From: Verrucomicrobiia bacterium | Lineage (GTDB): Bacteria; Verrucomicrobiota; Verrucomicrobiia; Limisphaerales; JADLHS01 | Direction: 5' to 3' | DNA: 64,000 nt | NCBI GenBank assembly: GCA_026125285.1 | Contig: JAHCLO010000023.1 | Coordinates: 41,855 to 105,854 of the forward strand | In this document: in pieces, positions 8,949-16,767 of the stretch | How positions within the stretch are numbered: position 1 is the stretch's first letter | Layout of the letters: each line of letters starts with the position of its first letter | The notes under the pieces: model-generated | The model's input: only the letters and a program-made list of their open reading frames with translations | Told to the model about the DNA's origin: nothing | Database searches by the model: none | Program-made: the position numbers and the translations under genes

Positions 8949-11303
8949 TCACACCTTCGCAATGCCCACGGCGCATTTCTTGTAGTCCGGTTCCTTGGAC
9001 AACGGGCAATGCGCTTCGAGCGTGACCAGGTTGATCAGCGCTTCCTCGGCGAAGAACGGCACGAACACCGAGCCGCGCGCGGGAATCGAGCGGCCATTGA
9101 TCCAGGCGGGCAACAGGATTTCGCCCCGACGCGATTTGATGCGGACCTGGTCGCCGGTGGCGATGCGCATTTCGGCGGCATCCATGGGATTCAACTCGAC
9201 GTAAGCGCGCGGCATGGCGCGGTGCAACTGGGGCACGCGGCGGGTCATCGTGCCGGTGTGCCAGTGCTCGAGCACGCGCCCGGTGCAGAGCCAGAACGGA
9301 TAGGTCTTGTCCGGCACCTCGGGCGGCGCTTCGTAGGGCCGCGCCCAGACGAGCGCCTTGCCGTCCTTGAGTTTGCCCCAATAAAAATCCACCCCGCTGC
9401 CGGGCTTCACGAACGGGTCTTCGCCCTCGACGAAGCGCCGCGCCGTCTCGCGCCACGCGCCGTTCTGTTCCTGCACCACCGGCCAGCGCATCCCGCGCGC
9501 CTTGACCAGTTCGTCGTACGGCGCGAGCGCGTACTTCTTCATCATCGTGAAGGGGCGGTATTCATCGAAAAGCAACTTGTCCGCGTTGTGCGCTTTGAAC
9601 ACGTCCCACTTCCACAACTCCAGCGGCTGGCCGTCCGCGCCTTTATAGCTGAAGATAAATTCGCCGTTCTGGTTCTTCATGCCGGGATGGCCCAGTTCGA
9701 AACATTTTCGCGCGGCGGCGATGACCTGCCAGACGTCGTCGCGGGCGTCGCCGGGCGGCTCGACCATTTTGAACCATTGTTGGGTGCGGCGTTCGCTGTT
9801 GCCGAACATGCCGTTCTTTTCGATCCACATCGCGCTGGGCAGAACCACCGTGGCCAGGTCGGTGGTGGCGGTGGGATAAACATCCGAGACGACGAGGAAC
9901 CGCTCGCGCAGTTTGCTGGTGAGCCGGTTCAAGTTGGGCATGGTCTGGCCGGGGTTCGTGACTTGAACCCAGCAACCGGTAAGTTCGCCGCTTTGCAGCG
10001 CCTCGAACATCGCGACCGCGTGATGGCCGGGTTTGGCGTTGATGCGGCCGGCCGGGAGATTCCACAGTTCCTCACATTCCTTGCGATGCTCGGCGTTGGC
10101 CACGAGGCGACCACCGGGCAGCGCGTGGCCGAGCGTGCCGACTTCGCGACAGGTGCCGCATGCGCTCGGCTGGCCGGTGAGCGAAAACGCGGTGCTGCCG
10201 GGCTTGCCGAATTTGCCGCTCAGGAAATGGACGTTATAGACCAGGTTGTTGATCCACGTGCCGCGCGTGTGCTGGTTCATGCCCATGCACCAGAGCGAAA
10301 CGATCTTGCGGTTCGGGTCGGCAAAGCGGTCGGCAAGCAACTGCAACTGCGCGGGGCGCACGCCGGCCACCTTCCGCACGAATTCGGGCGTGTAGGTTTC
10401 GAGCCATTTGGCGTATTCCTCAAAGGTCATGGCTTCGCCCTCGGCATCGCCGCCCTTGCGGAAGTTGCAGTGTTTCGTCACCCAATCCTTGTCGTATTTG
10501 CCCGACTTGATCAGCAGGTGGCAGATGCCGTTGGCGATGGCAAGGTCGCCCTGCGGCGTGAACGCGATGTAATGGTCCGCCTCCTCGGTGCTGCGCGTCC
10601 GGCGCGTGCCCAGGTCAATCACCTCGACCTTCTGCCCTTTGGCGCGGCGATCAATGATGCGCGACCAGAGGACCGGATGCATCTCGGCGGGATTGTTGCC
10701 CCAGAGAATGATCGTGTCCGCCAGATCGAAGTCGTCGTAGCAACCGCTGGGTTCGTCCACGCCGTAAGTGGTGGTCATGCCGACGACGGCGCTGGCCATG
10801 CAGAGGCGGGCGTTGGGGTCCACGTGATTGTTGCCCAGACCGCCCTTCATGAACTTCATCACCACGCAGCCTTCGGGAATGGTCCATTGGCCCGAGCCAT
10901 AGATGCTGAACGTGCCCGGGCTGCGCACAATCTCCTTGGCGATCAACTCGATGGCTTCGTCCCAGGTGGCGGGCGTGAGCTTGCCGCTCTTGCGGATCAG
11001 CGGGGTGGTGAGCCGGTCTTTGCCATAGAGCGCAACGCCGGCGTGATAGCCCTTCACGCAGAGCAATCCGCGATTGACGGGGTTTTCGAGATCGCCCTGA
11101 ACGGCGACGACGCGGCCGTCCTTGACGCCGACCATCACGCCGCAGCCGGTGCCGCAGAAGCGGCAGGGTGCTTTCTGCCAGGTGAGACCGTCCGCGCCCT
11201 GGGCAGTGGCGGCAAACATTTGGCGGGGGATCGTGCCCGCGAGAACACTCGAAGCGAACGCGAGCGCGGCTTGTTTGAGGAAGTCACGACGGTTGGTTTG
11301 CAT
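8949..11303 (-). CDS. napA: periplasmic nitrate reductase catalytic subunit NapA (molybdopterin, 4Fe-4S)
   Basis: Twin-arginine signal MQTNRRDFLKQAALAF. N-terminal cluster motif KAPCRFCGTGCGVMVGVKDGRVVAVQGD..PVNRGLLCVKGY is collinear with NapA. About 785 aa. Start set at ATG 11303; the track ORF start at 11471 runs through repeats. Confidence 0.95.
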   Translation of the reverse strand: MQTNRRDFLKQAALAFASSVLAGTIPRQMFAATAQGADGLTWQKAPCRFCGTGCGVMVGVKDGRVVAVQGDLENPVNRGLLCVKGYHAGVALYGKDRLTTPLIRKSGKLTPATWDEAIELIAKEIVRSPGTFSIYGSGQWTIPEGCVVMKFMKGGLGNNHVDPNARLCMASAVVGMTTTYGVDEPSGCYDDFDLADTIILWGNNPAEMHPVLWSRIIDRRAKGQKVEVIDLGTRRTRSTEEADHYIAFTPQGDLAIANGICHLLIKSGKYDKDWVTKHCNFRKGGDAEGEAMTFEEYAKWLETYTPEFVRKVAGVRPAQLQLLADRFADPNRKIVSLWCMGMNQHTRGTWINNLVYNVHFLSGKFGKPGSTAFSLTGQPSACGTCREVGTLGHALPGGRLVANAEHRKECEELWNLPAGRINAKPGHHAVAMFEALQSGELTGCWVQVTNPGQTMPNLNRLTSKLRERFLVVSDVYPTATTDLATVVLPSAMWIEKNGMFGNSERRTQQWFKMVEPPGDARDDVWQVIAAARKCFELGHPGMKNQNGEFIFSYKGADGQPLELWKWDVFKAHNADKLLFDEYRPFTMMKKYALAPYDELVKARGMRWPVVQEQNGAWRETARRFVEGEDPFVKPGSGVDFYWGKLKDGKALVWARPYEAPPEVPDKTYPFWLCTGRVLEHWHTGTMTRRVPQLHRAMPRAYVELNPMDAAEMRIATGDQVRIKSRRGEILLPAWINGRSIPARGSVFVPFFAEEALINLVTLEAHCPLSKEPDYKKCAVGIAKV

Positions 11304-11464
11304 AGGCGAACGAAGGGTGATTACGAAAGAGTTGGAGATGTTTGGTGCGGCGAGTGTGGGTGATAACGCGTCCGTGTGTTGGCTTTTTGTTGCCAAACCA
11401 ATGATGAAAATGACGACGGGACGATGGACGTAACTCGACCTCATCACAAAAGCCCTGGGACTCT

Positions 11465-11615
11465 CCCTCACCCCGGCCCTCTCCCGCTGGGAGAGGGGGA
11501 ATCATCCGCCGGGCCAATTGAAGTCGTGAGTCTGTTGGCGTTTCGGCTCGCAGACGATTACAGCAAAGAATCGCCTGCTGTTCCCTCTCCCTCAGGGAGA
11601 GGGTCAGGGTGAGGG
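11465..11615. repeat. 151-bp MITE-like palindromic element, copy A
   Basis: Left end CCCTCACCCCGGCCCTCTCCC (11465-11485). Right end GGGAGAGGGTCAGGGTGAGGG (11595-11615), whose reverse complement matches the left end at 19 of 21 positions. Each end also forms a small CTCTCCC/GGGAGAG hairpin. Confidence 0.8.
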
Positions 11616-11656
11616 TGAGCGCAACCGGAGCTTGAGCGGACTTGGCGACACGTTCT

Positions 11657-11807
11657 CCCTCACCCCGGCCCTCTCCCGCTGGGAGAGGGGGGATCATCCG
11701 CCGCCGATTTGAAATGTCGTGTGACGGGCGCAGCCGGCGGTTCATCCGCCAATCTGAAACCGAACGATAGCCGTTCCCTCTCCCGGGGGAGAGGATCAGG
11801 GTGAGGG
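11657..11807. repeat. 151-bp MITE-like palindromic element, copy B
   Basis: Same terminal sequences as copy A (11657-11677 and 11787-11807) and the same 151-bp length. The interior has diverged. It lies 41 bp from copy A. Confidence 0.8.
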
Positions 11808-11822
11808 CGGGCGCGAGGACAT

Positions 11823-12095
11823 TCATGCCGTGCGGAAGCTGTTGGGCAGCGGCGCAGCTTCATCCGCCACGTCCTCGAAGTTGTGATAAACGAGCACGGC
11901 GGATTTCACGCCGGGCACATTCTGCAATTGCGCGCCCAACTCCTCTGCGGCGCGGGTGGTGGGCGTGTCCGCTACGGCGGGAATGCCGGCGACCATCGGC
12001 TCACCGAGCTCGACGCCAGGCAGCGCCCGCAGTCGGTCCTGCACGGCGGGTTGATCCACCAGCGCGCAGCGGATGACGTAGGAGGAGATGGGCAT
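11823..12095 (-). CDS. napD: NapD-like chaperone for NapA
   Basis: 90 aa with the NapD pattern: ISS-V start, LRALPGVEL, GVKSAVLVYHNFED. Located between the octaheme gene (8-nt gap) and napA. Confidence 0.75.
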   Translation of the reverse strand: MPISSYVIRCALVDQPAVQDRLRALPGVELGEPMVAGIPAVADTPTTRAAEELGAQLQNVPGVKSAVLVYHNFEDVADEAAPLPNSFRTA

Positions 12096-12103
12096 GGTTC
12101 AAC

Positions 12104-13546
12104 TCATTTGGCGTAGCGTTTCTGGAATTCCTTGAGTTGCTGTTCGCGGCGGGCCTTTTCCTCGGGGTCCATCTTGCCGAGATACCACTTGTGATTGTCG
12201 TGGTTCAGCGTGTCTTCGATGAGCTTGTTCAACGCCTCCGCTTGCTGCTTCTTTTCCGGGTCGGTCGAGTTGATGTTCTTCTCCACCAATTCCTGCAACT
12301 CGGGGATGTATTTCGAGTAGAAATGTTTTGCGACCTCGTAGGTGCCGTGCCAGTGCGTGTAGTCCGGGCCCATCATCGAAGCGCCGTGCCGGGCGCGGCG
12401 GCCTTCGTGATGCCAGATTTCATACCAGGTGAAGTCCACCTTGTTGGCGAACTGCGGGCGCGGGAGCAGCGGCCTGGCGGCCTTGTAAAGCGCCAACCCG
12501 GGCTCGGCGAACTTGCCGTGGTAGAGGTCAATGAGCGCGTCATACTGCTGATAGAACGCGCCGACATAGTTCGCGTTGTGACAATTGATGCAGACGTTCT
12601 GCATGTTGGCACGGCGTTTTTCCCAGGAGATATTCGCGCCGGGCAAACCGAGTTTGGCGTCGCCGACCTCCGGACGGATGGAGAGTTCCGGGCGGTTGTT
12701 CCAGGAGATGCGCATGCCGACGTCGTGCGTGACCGGTTGGTCCTTGGTGGCGCTCATGTGGCAGGTGGCGCAGGTGGGCGCGGCGCTGTAATCCTCGCCG
12801 ACGATCCATTTGGGATTGTCGAGGTTCATCCGGGCGATGTTGGCATAGTAGGCGATGCCATGTTTGGATTCGTTGTAGATTTCGATCTGCGGATGGTCTG
12901 GTCCCATGTGGCACTTGCCGCAGGTGTCGGGTGTGCGGGCCTGCGCGGCACTGAACGAATGGCGCGAGTGGCAGGCGGTGCAGGAGCCTTCGCTGCCGTC
13001 GGGGTTGATGCGGCCGATGCCGGTGTTCGGCCAGGTGGCGGGATCCAGCCGGCCGGTGGGCAGCACTTTCACCTCCGAGCCATGACATTGCCAGCAGCCG
13101 TTGACGGCCGCGGCGCTGACCCCGTGGGGGAACGCCGTGGTCTTGAAAGCCCGGTTGCCCTCGACCACCTCGGCCAGCGTGTTGTCGAGCGACCCCAGGA
13201 TGCGTGCGCCCTTGGCGTGGTGCGAGTCATTGAACTCCTGCACCTCGCGTTCATGGCAGCGGGCGCAGTCCCTGGGTGAAGCGATGGTCGAGATGAACTG
13301 GCCGTAATGCTCGTAGGCGTCGCTGTCGGTCTGGTTGGCCATGTGACATTCGTAACAACCGACGTTGGCGCGGAAGTGTTTGGACGAACCCCACTGTTCG
13401 TAGATGGCCGCGCTCTCCTTCTTGTGGCAGGCCACACAAGCGGTGCTTTGCGGCGACATTTCCTTGAGGGTGAAACCGGCGAAGGCCAGCGGCGCGGCCA
13501 GCAGCACGGCGAGGGTCGGTGCGAGTTTCATGGTGGTTGTAGGCAT
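12104..13546 (-). CDS. octaheme cytochrome c of the hydroxylamine oxidoreductase (HAO) family
   Basis: Eight CxxCH motifs (CVACH, CYECH, CARCH, CWQCH, CTACH, CGKCH, CATCH, CINCH). CTACHSRHSFSAAQARTPDTCGKCHMGPDHPQIEIYNESKHG and APTCATCHM parallel HAO as I remember it ([51 protein letters not shown]). Signal peptide from ATG 13546 (MPTTTMKLAPTLAVLLAAPLAFAG). The track ORF start at 13810 crosses a repeat. Confidence 0.85.
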   Translation of the reverse strand: MPTTTMKLAPTLAVLLAAPLAFAGFTLKEMSPQSTACVACHKKESAAIYEQWGSSKHFRANVGCYECHMANQTDSDAYEHYGQFISTIASPRDCARCHEREVQEFNDSHHAKGARILGSLDNTLAEVVEGNRAFKTTAFPHGVSAAAVNGCWQCHGSEVKVLPTGRLDPATWPNTGIGRINPDGSEGSCTACHSRHSFSAAQARTPDTCGKCHMGPDHPQIEIYNESKHGIAYYANIARMNLDNPKWIVGEDYSAAPTCATCHMSATKDQPVTHDVGMRISWNNRPELSIRPEVGDAKLGLPGANISWEKRRANMQNVCINCHNANYVGAFYQQYDALIDLYHGKFAEPGLALYKAARPLLPRPQFANKVDFTWYEIWHHEGRRARHGASMMGPDYTHWHGTYEVAKHFYSKYIPELQELVEKNINSTDPEKKQQAEALNKLIEDTLNHDNHKWYLGKMDPEEKARREQQLKEFQKRYAK

Positions 13547-13563
13547 AAGTGTGGTCCTTTCAA

Positions 13564-13690
13564 GAATCCGAAATCCGAAATCCGAATCCCGAAGGAATCC
13601 CGAAATCCGAAAACCGAACACACGGATACGTTTTCCGCTTCGGCATTCGGGCTTCGGATTTCTTTCGGATTTCGTCATTCGGATTTCAGG
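13564..13690. repeat. long imperfect inverted repeat built from CCGAAATCCGAA / TTCGGATTTCGG units
   Basis: Left arm GAATCCGAAATCCGAAATCCGAATCCCGAAGGAATCCCGAAATCCGAAAACCGAA. Right arm TTCGGCATTCGGGCTTCGGATTTCTTTCGGATTTCGTCATTCGGATTTCAGG. It fills the gap between the NrfD-like stop (13693) and the octaheme start (13546). Confidence 0.75.
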
Positions 13691-13692
13691 TT

Positions 13693-14919
13693 TCAATTTG
13701 GTTGAGCGGAGAGTTCGGGTTTGTCGCGCAATGAACCGTTCATGATGGGAATCGCCACGTGCAGCATCCACGAGAACATCAACAGGCCGAACGCCCAGAT
13801 GCCGAGGCACACGAGCGTTTCGTTGAGCGTGGGCAGGTATTCCACAATCTGCCCGAGCGGCGAGGGCACAAAGCCGGGGATGATCAGTCCCATGCCCTTC
13901 TCAATCCAGATGCCGACGAAGCAGGTCAGGCACGCGAGGTTGAGCCAGCCGATCTTCCGGCTCAACGGCGTGATCAGCAACGTGAGCCCGATGGCGTTCA
14001 ACGTGATCGCGGTCCAGATCCACGGCACCAGTCCGCTGTGTCCGTGCAGGCCAAAGTACAGATAGTGCGCCGCCGCCGTGTGCTGCGTCGGAGAGTAGAA
14101 CTCGGTGAAGACCTCGCAACCGAGCAGGAACATGTTGATGATCATCGCCACGGTCATGATCATGCGCAGGGTGAAGATGGGTTGATCACCGATGAAATAA
14201 TTCGTCGTGCGGCGGATGATCTGAAACGTGAGAATCATCAGCGCCGGTCCGGCCACAAACGCCGACGCCAGGAAGCGCGAGGGCACGAGCGGATTGTGCC
14301 AGTAACCGCGCCCCGCGAGCCCGACGTAGAGAAACGCCGTGACGGTGTGAATGCTGACGGCCCACGCGATCGAGAGGAACACAAACGGGATGTAAAACCT
14401 CTTCGTCGGCTTCTGATGCCGGTAACGGCAGTAAAGCAGGTAGCCGGCGATGTGCAGGTTCAACAGCAGGTAGCCGTTCAACACAATCACGTCCCAGGAG
14501 AGAATCGAGCCGGGGAAATTGAAGATGCCGAACGGCGGGATCATGTGATGGAAACGGTCGGGCCGCCCGAGGTCCACGGTGACAAACAGCAGGCACATGA
14601 CGATGACGGCGATGGCGAGCAGTTCGCCAAACAACACGACCTCGTGCATGTGCTCCTTCTTGTAGATGTAGGCCGGGATGACGAGCATCACCGCCGCCGC
14701 CGCCACACCGACGAGGAAGGTGAAGTTGGCGATGTAAGCGCCCCAGCTTACCTGATTGGTCATGCCGGTGGTTTGCAGCCCGTCCACAAACTGCCGCGCC
14801 CAGGCGTGCAACCCGACGAGGGCCACGACAGTGAGCAAGGTCATCCAGGCGTAAAACATCCAACTCCCCTGAAACGAAAGCCGCCAGACGCGGAACAGGA
14901 ATGTCAGGTAGGCTTTCAC
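13693..14919 (-). CDS. NrfD/PsrC-family polytopic membrane subunit (quinol-interacting)
   Basis: Polytopic membrane protein with an NrfD-family N-terminal signature: GLQTTGMTNQVSWGAYIANFTFLVGVAAAAVMLVIPAYIY. It follows an NrfC-like FeS gene. Start chosen at GTG 14919 (alternative ATG 14859). The track ORF start at 15033 lies inside a repeat. Confidence 0.85.
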   Translation of the reverse strand: MKAYLTFLFRVWRLSFQGSWMFYAWMTLLTVVALVGLHAWARQFVDGLQTTGMTNQVSWGAYIANFTFLVGVAAAAVMLVIPAYIYKKEHMHEVVLFGELLAIAVIVMCLLFVTVDLGRPDRFHHMIPPFGIFNFPGSILSWDVIVLNGYLLLNLHIAGYLLYCRYRHQKPTKRFYIPFVFLSIAWAVSIHTVTAFLYVGLAGRGYWHNPLVPSRFLASAFVAGPALMILTFQIIRRTTNYFIGDQPIFTLRMIMTVAMIINMFLLGCEVFTEFYSPTQHTAAAHYLYFGLHGHSGLVPWIWTAITLNAIGLTLLITPLSRKIGWLNLACLTCFVGIWIEKGMGLIIPGFVPSPLGQIVEYLPTLNETLVCLGIWAFGLLMFSWMLHVAIPIMNGSLRDKPELSAQPN

Positions 14920-14927
14920 GTGAAGGT

Positions 14928-15043
14928 GTAGCGCAGACTGGCAGTCTGCCGTATCGCGGATTGGCAATCCGCGGCCATCCCAATTCTCGAGCGTCCTGCC
15001 GACTGCCAGTCGGCGGACACAGCAGATTGACAATCTGCGCTAC
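14928..15043. repeat. 116-bp MITE-like element bounded by GTAGCGCAG / CTGCGCTAC
   Basis: Ends GTAGCGCAG (14928-14936) and CTGCGCTAC (15035-15043) are reverse complements. Internal mini-hairpins: CAGACTG-G-CAGTCTG, GCGGATTG-G-CAATCCGC, CAGATTG-A-CAATCTG. Same architecture as 51587-51719. Confidence 0.8.
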
Positions 15044-15082
15044 AAGCTTGCGCACGCGCCGTGGGTTGATCGTTGTTCCAAT

Positions 15083-16057
15083 TCATTTGTCGAAGAAGTA
15101 GTAGAAGCGCGGCTGCGTGCCGACGTCTTCCTTGAGGATGTAAACGCGCTTGTTTTTCAGGATGTAGTTAATCTCGCTGTTGGGATCGAGCAGGTTGCCG
15201 AACACGCGCGCGCCGGTCGGGCACACTTCCAGGCAGGCAGGGTATTTGCCATCGCGGGTGCGATGGAGGCAAAACGTGCATTTCTCCACCACGCCCTTGG
15301 GCCGGATGCGATTGCTCAGGTAGGTCTGGTTTGGGTTGATCTGCTCCTTCGCGATCGTGGGCTTCTGGTAATTGAACCGGCGGGCGTCGTAAGGACACGC
15401 GGCCATGCAGTAACGACAGCCGATGCACCAGTTGTAATCCACCACCACGATGCCGTCCTGCTCCTGCCACGTCGCCTGCACGGGACAAACCTTGGTGCAG
15501 GGCGCCTGCCGGCACTGATGGCATTGCACCGGCATGTAATACTTGTCCGGCTGCGGGACGGTCTCCGGGTTGTAATAAACGTTCGAGGTTTCGAGGTTGA
15601 TCGCGCCCTTGTCGAGTTCGAGCACGCGAATGTAGGACATTTCGATGTCGTCGGGATTCGCGCGTGATTGATTGTTCTCCGCGAGACAGGCGTGGGCGCA
15701 TTTGCGGCAGCCGATGCAACGGGTGAGATTCAGCGCGTAACCAAACTCTACGCCATCGAGCGGCTGAAGGTCGCGCAGGGTGGGCTGAACGCCGTATTCC
15801 TTCCCGGCTTTGGCAGCGAGGTTGTCCATGATGCGCCGCAGGTCTTCGGGGGTGAGTTGGCGGTAATGCTTTTGCAGCAACTCATCCAGCGAGATCGCGC
15901 CACGCTCCAGTTCGAGCAGCGGCTTGAGCGCCGCCATCAAACCCGCCACGCCCACCATCGAAGCCGCGGCGCCTTTCAAGAACGTCCGGCGCGTCATCGG
16001 CCGATAGACCTGCTCAATGGTCCTGGGACTGACTTCGTTCTGTGGTTCTGGAGTCAT
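15083..16057 (-). CDS. TAT-exported 4Fe-4S ferredoxin-type subunit (NrfC/PsrB/DmsB-like)
   Basis: Twin-arginine motif MTRRTFLKGAAASMVG. Four Cys clusters: CIGCRKCAHAC, CHQCRQAPCTKVCP, CIGCRYCMAACP, CTFCLHR...CLEVCP. Its start overlaps the upstream stop as ATGA at 16054-16057. Alternative start ATG 15997. Confidence 0.9.
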   Translation of the reverse strand: MTPEPQNEVSPRTIEQVYRPMTRRTFLKGAAASMVGVAGLMAALKPLLELERGAISLDELLQKHYRQLTPEDLRRIMDNLAAKAGKEYGVQPTLRDLQPLDGVEFGYALNLTRCIGCRKCAHACLAENNQSRANPDDIEMSYIRVLELDKGAINLETSNVYYNPETVPQPDKYYMPVQCHQCRQAPCTKVCPVQATWQEQDGIVVVDYNWCIGCRYCMAACPYDARRFNYQKPTIAKEQINPNQTYLSNRIRPKGVVEKCTFCLHRTRDGKYPACLEVCPTGARVFGNLLDPNSEINYILKNKRVYILKEDVGTQPRFYYFFDK

Positions 16058-16767
16058 GGGGCGTGAAGCGCGTGAGCCGCATCCGCGCCGGCCGCTCGTG
16101 CCGGATAGGTGAGCGGCGGCAGTGGTTTCATAGCCTGGAACCTGGGACTGTGCGGATCATGGCATTGGATGCACCGGAGCTTGGTTTTGTCGCCTTTGGT
16201 TTCATCCCAGTGCCCGTTCTGGCGGCCATGGACGCCGGCATTCCAATCCCGATAAGTCGTCCCATGGCACTTGGCGCAAAGCTGCACCACGTTCGCCTGG
16301 GCGATCTCCGCGCCGTCGTAATCCACCCACGCGTTGCGATTCGTGGGATGATGGCAGTTGAGGCAGAAACGATTGTTCCCATGATCGAGCCGGATGTCCT
16401 TGTGCTCCACCATGGGCCGGTCGTAATGCCAGCGCGGTTTGAGCAGCGTGTGGCACTCCATGCAATTGTAGGTCCAACCCAGCTTGACCAAGTCGAGGCC
16501 CTTCGTTGCGCGCGGCGGGGTTTTGTCGAGGTGCGTGTCGGAAGCCAGCCCAACGGGCGGCTGCTCGGCGGGAGGTTTGGCGACGATGGGGAGCGTCGTG
16601 GGCGGCAATACCTGCCCGCGTGTCGGGACCACAGCCTCGTTTGCAATGCCGGAACGCCACCATCCGCCGAGGATGGCTATGACTGCGACCACCAGCGCTA
16701 AACGAACTACCTGTCTGGCAACTCGATTCATAAGGCCCGTTACGGTCCTGAGTCTAGTTGGCCGCAA
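16054..16767 (-). CDS. membrane-anchored tetraheme cytochrome c
   Basis: N-terminal TM VVRLALVVAVIAILGGWW, a Pro-rich linker, then four CxxCH motifs (CMECH, CLNCH, CAKCH, CIQCHDPH). First gene of the cluster. Alternative start ATG 16731. Confidence 0.8.
   Translation of the reverse strand: MRPTRLRTVTGLMNRVARQVVRLALVVAVIAILGGWWRSGIANEAVVPTRGQVLPPTTLPIVAKPPAEQPPVGLASDTHLDKTPPRATKGLDLVKLGWTYNCMECHTLLKPRWHYDRPMVEHKDIRLDHGNNRFCLNCHHPTNRNAWVDYDGAEIAQANVVQLCAKCHGTTYRDWNAGVHGRQNGHWDETKGDKTKLRCIQCHDPHSPRFQAMKPLPPLTYPARAAGADAAHALHAP

Noticed and set aside
8838-11363. 841-aa + strand ORF, the longest + ORF in the region
   Set aside because: It is exactly antisense to napA. Its R/G/A/H/V-rich low-information composition is typical of the reverse frame of a high-GC gene. 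The minus-strand product has unmistakable NapA motifs.
11304-11471. N-terminal extensions of track ORFs: napA to 11471, HAO to 13810, NrfD-like to 15033, napB to 8962, dprA from 18427, Mqn from 51703, tgt from 52833, BNR-like to 33895
   Set aside because: Each extension runs through a recognisable palindromic repeat or into the neighbouring gene. A downstream start gives a proper signal peptide or the canonical family N-terminus.
12137-13279. 380-aa + ORF
   Set aside because: It is antisense to the octaheme HAO-family gene, whose eight CxxCH motifs fix the true strand.
13564-13690. Possible CRISPR array, given the short repeated CCGAAATCCGAA units (also considered for the repeats at 7600-8000 and 11460-11810)
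   Set aside because: The units are contiguous or arranged as inverted arms with no regularly spaced unique spacers. There are no cas genes in the window. The structures are palindromic REP/MITE-like elements.
13759-14931. 390-aa + ORF, and the overlapping minus ORF 14186..15055
   Set aside because: Both are alternative frames of the NrfD-like gene. They are highly charged, R/H/D/E/G-rich sequences, unlike the hydrophobic polytopic product of the chosen frame.
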